Shown here piece after piece: positions 41,975 to 52,116 of a stretch of 64,000 nucleotides of DNA. The translations under genes were made by a program, and so were the position numbers. The stretch is taken from assembly GCA_965223905.1 (NCBI GenBank), contig CBDCXV010000001.1:320001-384000 (forward strand). Direction: 5' to 3'. The stretch is from Candidatus Latescibacterota bacterium. Its GTDB lineage: Bacteria > Latescibacterota > UBA2968 > UBA8231. The notes below the pieces were generated by a model. It was not told the origin of the DNA and searched no databases. It worked only from the letters and a program-made list of their open reading frames with translations. Every line of letters starts with the position of its first letter. Within the stretch, counting starts at the first letter, position 1.

Positions 41975-43324
41975 ATGAAAACGGTGAAATTCGGCGGCAG
42001 CTCCTTGGCGACGTCCTCGTCGGTCCGCACCGTCGCCGATATCATCCGGGCAGACGAACAGCGCCGACTCGTCGTCGTATCGGCGCCCGGCAAACGCAGT
42101 CCCGGCGACGTCAAGGTGACCGATCTGTTGATCGCCGCAGCCGAGGCGCGACTGACCAACAGGAGCGGCCGCGAAGAGATGGACCGGGTCGTTTCCCGCT
42201 TCGAAGAGATCGCCGGGGGTCTCGGGCTCGCGTCGTCATCGATCCAGACGATCGCCACCGACCTCGAAGCCCGGCTGCAGTCTGACCCTGGAGACGAAGA
42301 CCTGTTTTCGGACACCCTGAAGGCGGCCGGCGAAGCGAACTGCGCTCGTCTGGTGGCGGAGCATCTCTGCTCCCAGGGTACCGAGGCCCACTATGTAGAC
42401 CCGCTGGAAGGCGGCATGATGCTGTCGGATGAACCGGGCAACGCCCGCGTCCTGCGCCAATCGTACGGCAAACTCAGAAACCTGCGAGAGCGTCCCGGCA
42501 TCACCCTGTTTCCCGGGTTCTTCGGCTACTCGGAGAGTGGCCGGCTGGTCACGTTTCCGCGCGGGGGTTCCGATATCACCGGGGCGATTCTCGCCGCGGC
42601 TGTCGACGCCGAGCTCTACGAGAATTTCACCGATGTCGACTCCGTGTTCGCCGCCAGTCCCCAGCATGTCGACGACCCGCGCGGCGTTCCGGAGATCACC
42701 TACCGGGAGATGCGAGAGCTGTCGTACGCCGGTTTTTCGGTGTTTCACGACGAAGCGCTCGAGCCGGTGTTTCACGCCGCGATTCCGGTTGCTGTGAAAA
42801 ACACCAACAACCCCGACGCTCCCGGAACCCGCATAGTCCCGTCGCGAACGGTCGCCGATGACCCCGTCGTCGGCATCGCCGCCACAGGCGGCTTCTGCAG
42901 CATGTACGTCAGCAAATACCTGATGAACCGGGAGGTCGGCTTCGGACGGCGGCTGCTCCAGATCTACGAAGACGAGGCGATTCCGTTCGAGCACACCCCG
43001 TCTGGAATCGACAACATATCCGTGATTGTCCGGGAGGAGTACCTGAACCACGCGGCCGAAGAACGGGTCGTCCGCCGTATTCGCACCGAGCTCGAAGCGG
43101 ACGAGGTTTCGGTTGAGCGCGGGCTGGCTCTGGTGATGGTAGTCGGTGAAGGGATGCGTCACACCATCGGGCTGGCGGCGCGGGCGACCTCCGCGTTCTC
43201 GCGCGCCCGAGTCAACCTGGAAATGATCAACCAGGGATCGAGCGAAGTCAGCATGATGTTCGGCGTAAAGGAGACGGATGTGGCCGCGGCAGTTCAGTCG
43301 CTCTATGCAGAGTTTTTCGGTTAG
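41975..43324 (+). CDS. Aspartate kinase (YclM/AKIII-like)
   Basis: 'VKFGGSSLA', 'VVSAPGK', 'RGGSDITG', 'YENFTDVD', C-terminal ACT domains 'NQGSSEVS'. Confidence 0.93.
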   Translation: MKTVKFGGSSLATSSSVRTVADIIRADEQRRLVVVSAPGKRSPGDVKVTDLLIAAAEARLTNRSGREEMDRVVSRFEEIAGGLGLASSSIQTIATDLEARLQSDPGDEDLFSDTLKAAGEANCARLVAEHLCSQGTEAHYVDPLEGGMMLSDEPGNARVLRQSYGKLRNLRERPGITLFPGFFGYSESGRLVTFPRGGSDITGAILAAAVDAELYENFTDVDSVFAASPQHVDDPRGVPEITYREMRELSYAGFSVFHDEALEPVFHAAIPVAVKNTNNPDAPGTRIVPSRTVADDPVVGIAATGGFCSMYVSKYLMNREVGFGRRLLQIYEDEAIPFEHTPSGIDNISVIVREEYLNHAAEERVVRRIRTELEADEVSVERGLALVMVVGEGMRHTIGLAARATSAFSRARVNLEMINQGSSEVSMMFGVKETDVAAAVQSLYAEFFG

Positions 43325-43367
43325 CCCAACCCCCTGGTGGAAACAACGGCAAAGGAGAAAACCTGTC

Positions 43368-44471
43368 ATGCCAGCAGAAAAAAAGGGGTTGACTTACGGG
43401 GAAATCGGGGTCGACACGGACGCCGCCCTCGGCGCCCTCCAACGCCTTCTGTATTGGGTCAATCAGCCGGAACACTGCCGCTACGACGGCAGCTCGGTCG
43501 GCAGTGTGGCGCTCGAGTCGGGGTTTTTCGCAACCGTGATCGACATCGGAAACCTCGGCCTGGCGATGACGACCGACGGCGTCGGGACCAAGCTGCTGGT
43601 TGCCCAGATGATGAAGAAGTACGACACCGTCGGCATCGACTGCGTCGCCATGGTCGTAAACGATCTGGTATGCGTCGGGGCCGAACCGGTCTCCATGCTC
43701 GACTACATCGCCGTGGAGAAGGCGGATCCGGACGTATTCGAGCAGATCGGTGTCGGTCTGCAGCGCGGGGCAGATTACGCGAACGTCTCGATTTCCGGAG
43801 GGGAAGTCGCCCAGGTAAAGGAGATGCTGCGGGGCTACCGGGAGGGCAGCGGCCTGGACCTGGTCGGCATGGCCATCGGCCTGGTGCCGCTCGAGGAGAT
43901 GATCGTGGGGGAGGAGATAGATGACGGCGACGTGGTGGTCGGCTTGAAGAGCAACGGCATCCACAGCAACGGTTACACCCTGGCTCGCAAGGTCCTGTTC
44001 GAGGAAATGGGCTTGACGGTCGATTCCCATGTCCCGGAACTGGGTCGCAGCGTAGGTGAGGAGCTGTTGCGCCCTACCGCCATCTATGTGCGCCCGGCCA
44101 TCGACATGATGCGGGCTGACGTGCGCATCAAGGCATTCAGTCACATGACCAGCGACGGGTTTCTCAACCTGCTGCGGGTGCGCACGAATACCGGTTTCGT
44201 TCTCGACTACCTGCCTGAGCCGGATCCGGTGTTTCAGGTGCTCCAGGAAGGGGGCCAGCTGGCGGACGAGGAGATGTTTCTCGTCTTCAACATGGGGATC
44301 GGGTTCGGGGTGGTTACCCCGGAACAGGATGCCGCCGCAGTTCGCGCCATTGCTCGGCGCCACGGCTTTGAAGCCTGGGTCCTGGGGCGGGCCGCTGGCG
44401 ATATAGCGGGTAGAGTAATCGTCGAGCCGCGGCAATTGATCGGCGAGAACGACGAATTCCGAAAGATCTGA
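43368..44471 (+). CDS. purM: AIR synthetase PurM
   Basis: 'TDGVGTK', 'GIDCVAMVVND', 'GGE', 'SNGIHSNGY', 'VFNMGIG'. Confidence 0.93.
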   Translation: MPAEKKGLTYGEIGVDTDAALGALQRLLYWVNQPEHCRYDGSSVGSVALESGFFATVIDIGNLGLAMTTDGVGTKLLVAQMMKKYDTVGIDCVAMVVNDLVCVGAEPVSMLDYIAVEKADPDVFEQIGVGLQRGADYANVSISGGEVAQVKEMLRGYREGSGLDLVGMAIGLVPLEEMIVGEEIDDGDVVVGLKSNGIHSNGYTLARKVLFEEMGLTVDSHVPELGRSVGEELLRPTAIYVRPAIDMMRADVRIKAFSHMTSDGFLNLLRVRTNTGFVLDYLPEPDPVFQVLQEGGQLADEEMFLVFNMGIGFGVVTPEQDAAAVRAIARRHGFEAWVLGRAAGDIAGRVIVEPRQLIGENDEFRKI

Positions 44472-44667
44472 TCGTTACCTGCTGCAGCCTCGAGCAGCGG
44501 AGAGCCCCCCTTCCCAGGGGCTTCCGGGACACCCGCGCCCGCCCCTGAGACATACGTTTACTTGGTGACGTAAACAATGGCTGGCTTGGGCTTGGTTTCA
44601 TGTCCGGGTAATCGCGAAGGAGACCACAGCGGCATTTCCTGCGGCTGCAGATTGTCGGAACGGAGGG

Positions 44668-45744
44668 TTACTTCCTGACCGGCTCGAACTTCGGATGCCG
44701 AGGCTCGCGGTCCCGAAACAGGCGGATTCTGGAATCGCGTAGGGGCAAGTGAATGCGTTTTCCCCCCTGCAGATGTGACTCGATGAAGGCGAAGATCAGT
44801 TCCGTGCTCTGGTGAGCGGACCGCACGCCGCCGCGTGGGGGTTCGCCGGTGTCGAGGGAATGCGCGAGATCCTCGATAATGGCCTGGGTGCTGCTCGCCT
44901 CAACGAGGTCCATTGAAGTGCGCTCGACCTGGGACTCGCCGGCGACCTCCCGGGTGCTGGCCACTTCCCACAGATTCTCCGGTTCCTGGCCCAGAACCGA
45001 ACCCTCTTCACAGATCAGCTCGAACCGGAGTCCGTGGCCGGTGTTGAGCGCATAACCGTAGGCCCCGTCGGAGAATCGGAAAATACCTTCGCCTACCGGA
45101 TCCTCGGTGAGGATGTCTCCCTCGAAGAGATCCTCTTCGGGGTCGCGGAGAAACCCCTGGACCCAGTCGACGGGGACGTCGCCGTGGAGCCGAAGCATGA
45201 GGTCGAACGTATGGCTGGCGCTGTTGAAAAGTGTCCCCGTCCAATGCGAGACGACAGCCTGCAGGGGGCCCAGGCGTCCGCTGGCAACCACTTCCCTGAG
45301 TTTATCCCAGCGGGTGTCCCAGCGGCGGTTGGTGCCGATGTTGAAGAATACTCCCTTTGCTTCGCAAGCTGCCACCATGGCATCAGCCTCTGCCATCGAG
45401 GCGGCCATCGCTTTTTCGGCGTAAATCCCCCGCACACCTGACGCGACACCGTCGAGGACGATCCGGGCTCGGTGCTCCGGTTGCGTGGCGACGCTGACGA
45501 TGTCGGGTTTTTCCCTGGCAAGCATCTCCCGGTAATCGAGGTATTGGTGGTCAGCCGCGACTCCGTAACGCTCACCCGCCCTGGCCATGACCTCTTCTCG
45601 CGTGTCCGAAAGGGCAATCAGTTCTGTACGGGAGGAGGCTTCATATCCGGCCGCGTGCGAATAGGCGAACTGCCTGTTGCCTTCATTGTCGATAAATGCC
45701 CCCATTCGGCTACAGCCGATCAGTGCCGCCCGATAAACTTTCAT
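44668..45744 (-). CDS. Gfo/Idh/MocA family oxidoreductase
   Basis: Rossmann 'ALIGCSRMG', 'PDIVSVAT', 'IYAEKAMA'. Confidence 0.88.
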   Translation of the reverse strand: MKVYRAALIGCSRMGAFIDNEGNRQFAYSHAAGYEASSRTELIALSDTREEVMARAGERYGVAADHQYLDYREMLAREKPDIVSVATQPEHRARIVLDGVASGVRGIYAEKAMAASMAEADAMVAACEAKGVFFNIGTNRRWDTRWDKLREVVASGRLGPLQAVVSHWTGTLFNSASHTFDLMLRLHGDVPVDWVQGFLRDPEEDLFEGDILTEDPVGEGIFRFSDGAYGYALNTGHGLRFELICEEGSVLGQEPENLWEVASTREVAGESQVERTSMDLVEASSTQAIIEDLAHSLDTGEPPRGGVRSAHQSTELIFAFIESHLQGGKRIHLPLRDSRIRLFRDREPRHPKFEPVRK

Positions 45745-46016
45745 TTTTTCCTCCTATTGTCGATATTTAAGAAAATCAATAGCTGAAAAAGGGTCAAAAG
45801 TATGCAGTATTCAACGAAAGTTTTCCACAACTATGTTGGTATGTGGAAAATCCCTCAGGGGTAGACTTGGTTCCATCCTCTGAATTTCAGGAAGTTTCCG
45901 GGATCTGATCCTTGATCAGGGACTGGCCGAATCTCAAAAACCCGGGATTTGGGTGCCGGAAATCAATTATTGTTTGACACCTTTTCCAGTAATAAGCCTT
46001 GGGCAGGTCGGGACAG

Positions 46017-47177
46017 ATGGATAGACCAGGAAGCGATCGGGCCGGCCGGGTCGACAAGCAGCCCGATGGGCATCTCGAGTTCATCCCGAACCCGCTTCCA
46101 CCCCGAATAGAGGTGGGACCGTCGCTCTGGAATCGGCTCGGAGAAGCCGAGCGCGCCCTGGGCTGGATTTCGGGCCGGGCAGCCCATCTCGATGACGCCG
46201 CCCCCTATGCCGCATTGGCACTTCGGAGGGAAGCGGTCCTGGCCACTCGTCTCGAGGGCAATCCAGTGGCGCTTTCCGACCTGCTCTGGTATTCCCTCGA
46301 CGGCACCGAGGCAGAAGGCCTGCAATCCCCCCGCGGAGCGGTTCAGGCAGCCCTCAACTACGTTCTTGCGGCGGAGCACCTGCTGACAGCGGTTCGCCAG
46401 ACCGGGTTTTCCACGGTCACTCTCCGGCAGGCGCACCAAGAGATCTTCGAGGGGTTGAAGGGGAGGGACGAAACCCCGGGCAACTACCGTTCGTCGGAGA
46501 TCTGGATAGGGCCCTCCGGCAGCACGGCGCACGATGCCCACTTCGTTCCCCCTCCTCACCGGCAGATTCCCCGGATGATGCAGGAACTCGACCGTTTCCT
46601 GCAACAGGACCGGACAACGCCGCCGCTGGTTGCCGCCGGGCTTCTTTACTATCAACTGGAGACCGTCCACCCCTTCGTCGACGGAAACGGCAGGGTCGCC
46701 CGCCTCTCTGTGCAGCTGTTGCTCGGGAGGGAGCGCGGGTTCTGGCCGCAATTCGTCAGTATTGCATCGATCTTCGGACGCGACCCCCGCGACCACTTCG
46801 AGCGCCTGCAACGAGTGCGTCTGCGAGGGGATTGGGAAGGGTGGATCAGCTACTTCCTGGAAAGTATCTGCGAAGCGGCCGAGGAGGGAGCGAAATTGCT
46901 GACCTGGCTGGTCCGGCTTCGCTCCGAGCACCGCGAGCTGCTGTGCAGGGAACTTGGTGGAACGGCCGGCCCGGCGATGGTCCTGCTCGATTCGCTGTTT
47001 CCCCAGCCCCTGATAAGCGTCGCCACAGCGGCCGAAATCACCGGGCGCACGTTCGCCAACACCAACAACCTGATTGCGCGGCTCGAAAGCAGGGGACTGC
47101 TGACCGAGATCAGCGGCCGGCGTCGCCATCGTCGCTTCTGCTACCAACCCTTTCTGACCCTCATGCAGTCCGGTTGA
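46017..47177 (+). CDS. Fic-family protein with C-terminal HTH
   Basis: Canonical Fic motif HPFVDGNGRVAR; 'EAVLATRLEG'; wHTH-like tail. Confidence 0.92.
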   Translation: MDRPGSDRAGRVDKQPDGHLEFIPNPLPPRIEVGPSLWNRLGEAERALGWISGRAAHLDDAAPYAALALRREAVLATRLEGNPVALSDLLWYSLDGTEAEGLQSPRGAVQAALNYVLAAEHLLTAVRQTGFSTVTLRQAHQEIFEGLKGRDETPGNYRSSEIWIGPSGSTAHDAHFVPPPHRQIPRMMQELDRFLQQDRTTPPLVAAGLLYYQLETVHPFVDGNGRVARLSVQLLLGRERGFWPQFVSIASIFGRDPRDHFERLQRVRLRGDWEGWISYFLESICEAAEEGAKLLTWLVRLRSEHRELLCRELGGTAGPAMVLLDSLFPQPLISVATAAEITGRTFANTNNLIARLESRGLLTEISGRRRHRRFCYQPFLTLMQSG

Positions 47178-47335
47178 TACCGGGCCGCCCTTGGTGCCTG
47201 CGCGCGTAGAAAGCGTACGAAGAGGGCGAGGACCAACTGCCTCCTTCGCCGATGCGCCCGGCTCGCAAGGCGCCTGAGCGAGCCGTACCGGGGTTGTACG
47301 ACGGCCGAATTCACGCGGAATTGCGCGCGAAGACA

Positions 47336-48412
47336 CTAGACGTGGAAGACGTACAGATCGCGGTCGGCGATCGGCAGATCGACCCAGCTTCCGCCGCGGC
47401 GATGGCTTTCGGCAACCGCCAGCGTGGCTTCGGTGATGTGGTGGGTGACATCGACGTGGCCGCGCGTCGGCCTGGCGTTCTCAAAGGCGTCGACGAGATC
47501 CTCGAGGCAGGAGATCGTGGCGCTCTTGGGGGGCGACTTCGGCAGCTCACATCCCTCCCAGCCGTAGCGGTCTTCACCCTCCCTGCGCCGCATTACTGCT
47601 CCGGCGCCGTTGTCCAGCGAGCGGACCATACCCTCGGTGCCCAGCACCTCGAACTGCCAGTTTCCGGCCGGGACAGACCAGCCGCGTACCCCGTTTTGGA
47701 ACAGCAGCTCGTAGGTTCCGAGGGGGTCGTGGGGAATGAAGCTGTTCTCGATGTGGAGGTCTCTCGGGTCGAGTTCTCCTCGCACCTGGGTGATTGCGGG
47801 GTCGCCGATCAGCCAGGACAGGGTGTCGATCGAATGGATGTGTCCGTGCAGCAGGCTCGACTGGGCGTAGTGAACGACAGCAACGGGGCCGCCGATCTCC
47901 CCTTTGAGAACGGCCTCGCGAACCGGGTCGTAGCGCACGTCGAAGCGCCGTAGAACCCCCGAGTTGAAGAGGGTACCGTTGCGCTTTACGGCATCGCGCA
48001 ACTCGTCGCATCGCCGCATCGAGCAGGCCACCGCTTTCTCTACGAACAGCATCGGGACTCCGAGGTCGGCCAGGGCCACGGTGAGATCGGCGTGGGCGTC
48101 GCCCCGGAACTCTGGTGAAGGCGCCTCGTTGCCAGGTTTCTGCAAGCCTGTTGCCGTCGTACAGACGGCAACGATGTCGGGGCTCTCCCGCCGGACCATT
48201 TCAGCGTAGTCGTCGTACACGGGGACCCCGTAGCGCTCGGCAAACCCGCTGCGCCTGTCGGCGAGCAGGTCGCAGCCAGCGGCCAGTTCGAGGCGTTCGC
48301 TCGCCAGCGTTGAATTGGCGATGGAATAAGGCAGGTCACTGTTCGGCTGTTGATCGTCGATATAGGATCCCATACGTCCCAGGCCGAGAACGCCGACGCG
48401 ATAGGTCTTCAC
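47336..48412 (-). CDS. Gfo/Idh/MocA family oxidoreductase (second copy)
   Basis: 'VGVLGLGRMG', 'PDIVAVCT', 'LFVEKAVA'; GTG start after GAGG RBS. Confidence 0.88.
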   Translation of the reverse strand: MKTYRVGVLGLGRMGSYIDDQQPNSDLPYSIANSTLASERLELAAGCDLLADRRSGFAERYGVPVYDDYAEMVRRESPDIVAVCTTATGLQKPGNEAPSPEFRGDAHADLTVALADLGVPMLFVEKAVACSMRRCDELRDAVKRNGTLFNSGVLRRFDVRYDPVREAVLKGEIGGPVAVVHYAQSSLLHGHIHSIDTLSWLIGDPAITQVRGELDPRDLHIENSFIPHDPLGTYELLFQNGVRGWSVPAGNWQFEVLGTEGMVRSLDNGAGAVMRRREGEDRYGWEGCELPKSPPKSATISCLEDLVDAFENARPTRGHVDVTHHITEATLAVAESHRRGGSWVDLPIADRDLYVFHV

Positions 48413-48661
48413 AGTACGAACCTCTTCGGAAAGGTGGGTGAAGGAACCAAGGTGAGCTATCGGGTGAGCAAGATGTGCAACAACGCGGACGCTCTCAAGC
48501 AGGCTTGCAGAACCAAGAACCCGGGGCAGGTGTGTTCGGGTGGGGTCCGAATAGCGAGGTGCCCCGTCCCGGCGCAGACAGTGTCCAGATCCAGTAGCCG
48601 TGAGTGGTGAAGTGGTGTAAGGTCTACGTTTCACCTGCGATTATCGAAAGGAGGATGTCCC

Positions 48662-49234
48662 ATGGTGACACTGACCGAGCTATGGCTTCCGATTCTGCTG
48701 TCGGGAGCCTTGGTCTGGATTGTCAGCGCCCTCGTCTGGATGGTGCTGCCCCATCACAAGTCGGATTTCGCCGGTCTGCCTGACGAGGAGGCTGCGCGGC
48801 AGGCGCTGCAGCCGCAGAATCTGGAGCCCGGCCTCTACAACATTCCCCACGTGCCCTCGCGGGATGCGGCCAGGCAGCCGGAGCAGAGGAAGAAATTCAC
48901 CGACGGCCCAGTGGCCTTCGTCACCGTGTTGCCGAACAAGGATCCCGCGATGGCCGGACAAATGCTCGCATCCTTCGCGTACTTCGTCATTGCCGGCATC
49001 GCCGTCGCCTACGTGAGTGGACGCGTACTGGCACCGGGCGCGGAGTACCTTCAGGTGTTTCGCGTCGCCGGGACGGTGGCTTGGCTGACATATGGTTGGG
49101 GCCGCGTTCTGGAATCCGTGTGGTTCGGTTTGCCGTGGTCGCAACAGGTCAAGCACCTGTTCGACGCGCTGCTGTACGCGCTGGCGACCGCCGCGACCTT
49201 CGCCTGGCTGTGGCCCCCGGCCATGGCGGGGTAG
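48662..49234 (+). CDS. Hypothetical four-TM membrane protein
   Basis: GGAGG RBS; hydrophobic helices; 'WMVLPHHKSD', 'GLYNIP', 'WFGLPW'. Confidence 0.75.
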   Translation: MVTLTELWLPILLSGALVWIVSALVWMVLPHHKSDFAGLPDEEAARQALQPQNLEPGLYNIPHVPSRDAARQPEQRKKFTDGPVAFVTVLPNKDPAMAGQMLASFAYFVIAGIAVAYVSGRVLAPGAEYLQVFRVAGTVAWLTYGWGRVLESVWFGLPWSQQVKHLFDALLYALATAATFAWLWPPAMAG

Positions 49235-49271
49235 CGGCCATTTCGAGAGTCGACTCAAAACAACAGGGCAA

Positions 49272-50096
49272 ATGATGGATACCGACTGTCTCAAACACGC
49301 GCTTACCGAAGAAGAGCGGGTCCGGTTCGAGCGGGATGGGTACTTCGTTCTGGAGGATGCCATGTCGACGACGCAGGTCGCCGGTCTCACCGAGGCCCTA
49401 CGACCGCATCGTCGACGAGGCCTGCGCGGGTGGACAGTATCCCGACAAGCGATTTACGATTCGCGACGTCCTGTGGCGCGACCCGCTGTTTCTCGATCTC
49501 CTCGATTGGCCAACCACCCTGCCGAAGGTGTGGGGGATTCTGGGGTGGAACATCCAGGCTTACCACACCGTTCTGATGTACCGCCCACCCGAGCCCGGCA
49601 AGACCGAGGTCGACTTCCTGGGCTGGCACCAGGACAGCGGCCAGTTGAACCTGGATCTCGAGGTCAGCCCGAGGCCGCGGATCTCGATCAAGGTTGCGTT
49701 CTTCCTTAGCGACTGCACCGAGCCTGGGAGGGCAAACTTCTGGGCGATTCCGGGCAGTCACCTGCAGGACGAGCTGGAGCGCCCGGCGGACGGATCCGCC
49801 CCGGAAGGGTCGGTGCCGATTCTGGTGCCGGCAGGGGGAGCCGTCCTCTTCGACCGCCGGATCTGGCACGCTTCCAGCGCCAACATTTCCGCGGTTACCC
49901 GCAAGGCCCTCTTCTATGGATATAGCTACCGTTGGCTGCGGCCGCGCGACGACCAGAGCGTCGAGAAGCTGTTCGGTCAGTGCGAGCCGATCCGGAGACA
50001 GCTGCTGGGGTACTCGGAAACGGGGGGCTACGGGAAGAGGACGTACCGCTACGGGGGTGGCTGCGCGAGCATGTCGGAGACTGGGCAGCGGCCTGA
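49272..50096 (+). pseudogene. Phytanoyl-CoA dioxygenase (PhyH) family, two frameshifts
   Basis: 'FERDGYFVL', frame change near 49397, 'WHQDS', 'PGSH', 'FDRRIWH'; second frame change near 50033 before 'EEDVPLRGWLREH...AAA*'. Confidence 0.8.
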
Positions 50097-50117
50097 AGCG
50101 GGTTTCCGCAAGCGGGG

Positions 50118-50164
50118 CCCTCGGGACGTATACTGCCAAAAGTATACGTCCCGAGGGGGTTTTT
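50118..50164. terminator. Perfect 17-bp hairpin between convergent genes
   Basis: CCCTCGGGACGTATACT-GCCAAA-AGTATACGTCCCGAGGG, then GGTTTTT. Confidence 0.6.
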
Positions 50165-50249
50165 CGTCGTAAAATGCAGCAAAATGTGGAAAAGAGTTGT
50201 GAACTACCCAGGAGGGGGAGAGCAAAGTTTTCCACATCTGCCCTGTGGA

Positions 50250-50633
50250 CTACCATGCTTTTTCCACAGAGACCTCCGGGATCGGATACCTCATCTGATT
50301 GAGGCTGAAGATGCGGCCGCCGGTGCGGATGGCGGTGGCGGCGAGAAATGCGGCGCCCAGGTCGATCCCGTAAGTCGGGTTCCACTGCCGGTACAGGCCC
50401 GCCGCGGTGTCGGCGATTGCCTGATCGATCGGAGCGGTTTTGAAGCCGCTGAGGAACAGGAGGGTGCTTTCCTCTTCCCCCATATGCATCGAAGAGAGGA
50501 TTTCGCTGCGGTCGAGGGCGCCAATCCACGGTTCATAGGCGGGGTTGGCGGCCAGTTTCCTCAGAAATTTCAAAGCTTTGCGTTTCCCGCGTAAATGGCG
50601 GATTAGAATCTCGGAATCGACGTAAGCTCTCAT
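50250..50633 (-). CDS. PIN-domain (VapC-like) toxin
   Basis: 'YVDSEILIRHLRG', 'SEIL', 'IADTAAGLYRQW', 'AFLAATA'. Two expected acidic positions appear substituted. Confidence 0.82.
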   Translation of the reverse strand: MRAYVDSEILIRHLRGKRKALKFLRKLAANPAYEPWIGALDRSEILSSMHMGEEESTLLFLSGFKTAPIDQAIADTAAGLYRQWNPTYGIDLGAAFLAATAIRTGGRIFSLNQMRYPIPEVSVEKAW

Positions 50634-50896
50634 GCATCCACCTCCCGGCGGGGCAATGAATCGCTGAGAATGCCGCGGCCGCGCTGCGTTGTTTCGATGA
50701 CGCTTTCGGTGCGTTCCCAGGCCCCGAAGGTCTGCGTGAACACGTCGAGTTTGCCGGTTTCCGACTCGACTTCCTCGGCGTAGCGGGCAATTGCCTTTTC
50801 AATCAAGGCTTTTTTGGTACCCCCGAGCCTGCGCATGAGCTGGTCGAGGCGGTGGATTACGGATTCGTCTACGCGGACGGACAGGACGCGGTCCAT
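50630..50896 (-). CDS. Ribbon-helix-helix (CopG-like) antitoxin
   Basis: 'VLSVRVDESVIHRLDQL...TKKALIEKAI', 'FGAW'; overlaps toxin start (ATGA). Confidence 0.82.
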   Translation of the reverse strand: MDRVLSVRVDESVIHRLDQLMRRLGGTKKALIEKAIARYAEEVESETGKLDVFTQTFGAWERTESVIETTQRGRGILSDSLPRREVDA

Positions 50897-50926
50897 GGGC
50901 AGGCTCCCTCCAGATCATGTGTGGTA

Positions 50927-50952
50927 TGTATACGCATGTACGTAAACGTACA
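50927..50952. promoter_or_regulatory. Candidate antitoxin operator
   Basis: TGTACGT-AA-ACGTACA perfect IR (50937-50952) plus GTATAC palindrome, just upstream of the RHH gene. Confidence 0.5.
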
Positions 50953-51142
50953 CACGGACAAGTGAGCCGTGCAACCGTCACCGATGAAGCAGCCATTGGA
51001 ATTGACCGGTTGGGATCCGGAGGATATCTCCGCCTCCTGCGGTCACGAGAGTGTCCGGGCGGAAGGTTGCCCATGACCTGCGGCAGGGGCATACTTGCCG
51101 TGCCGAAGGAAAGTCGCGCGAGGTCTCGGGGTCGCGAACAGC

Positions 51143-51182
51143 AGCGTGAGACGAATTACCGGAGCGCGAGACGAATTACCGG
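51143..51182 (+). repeat. 20-bp tandem duplication
   Basis: AGCGTGAGACGAATTACCGG followed by AGCGCGAGACGAATTACCGG (one mismatch). Confidence 0.9.
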
Positions 51183-51227
51183 CTTTATTCGGCTTTAACG
51201 GTGGGCTGAAATGAGGAAGGAAGCGTC

Positions 51228-52032
51228 ATGACCGGTGGTGAATTCGACCGTCATTGCGAGAACGTCGAAAAAGACGGGTACACGGTTCTGCCGGCTGCGT
51301 TGACCGGCGAGGAGTGCGAAGCGGCCACGGTGGAGCTGGAGCGGCTGGCAGAGGAAAAGGACCGAGGCGGGCTCGAGTGCGTATTCAACAAGGCGCCCGT
51401 CTTTGAAAGGGCCTACCAGGTTCCCTCCGTGTTGCGGCTGGTCCGCCACTTTCTGGGAGGAGATGCAGTCCTGTGTGCCGTTCACGGTTCCGTCATCGAG
51501 CCCGGCCAGGGGGGCGGGGGGGGTGCACGCCGACGGAGCGGTTACCGGCCATCTGCGGTCTCGGTCCCAGGCAGCCGCCGACAAGGGGCGCCGCATCACA
51601 TCTCACGCGATGTCGATCAACACGATCTTCTGTGTCGGAGAATTCACCGCAACCAACGGCGCCACCCAGCTGGTTCCGGGCAGCCACAAGGTCGAGTCGC
51701 TCGAGATCCCGGAGGACGCCGTCGGACGGGCTCGCATCATTGAAGCGGAACGGGGATCGGCGATCCTGTTTCACGCCAATATCTGGCACGGGAGCTCGAA
51801 GAACAGAAGCTCGCAAAGGCGCTACGCGATGATCGCGCCCTGGCGGCGCAACTGGTCGCGGGGGCCGTACGAACTGTGCCGCATGGTCGAGCCGGAGGTT
51901 ATGGAGCGCGCCGGAGCGGATGGGAAGCGGGTTTTCGGCTTCGATGCCCTGCAGCCGTACCTCGAACTCTGGCAATGGGACCGCGAAACAGGGGAGCCGA
52001 AGCCGGAGTTCAGAGAACTGAAACGGGATTGA
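51228..52032 (+). pseudogene. PhyH-family dioxygenase, frameshifted at G-runs
   Basis: 'VEKDGYTVL' in one frame; 'VHADG', 'NGATQLVPGSH', 'FHANIWHG' in another; switch at GGGGGGCGGGGGGGG near 51509-51523. Confidence 0.78.
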
Positions 52033-52116
52033 GCGCGGAATGAGCGAACCGGAGGACACACTGTGCTCACGAGCAACCCCGGACATGCGGCGAGGCAAAA
52101 CCGGGCAGGGGGCGCA

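Noticed and set aside
44555-44576. GTTTAC-N8-GTAAAC palindrome between purM and the oxidoreductase
   Set aside because: Short, between convergent genes, and does not match dif or any operator I recognise.
51143-51182. CRISPR-like repeat
   Set aside because: Only two abutting copies, no spacer, no cas genes. No CRISPR array was seen in the window.
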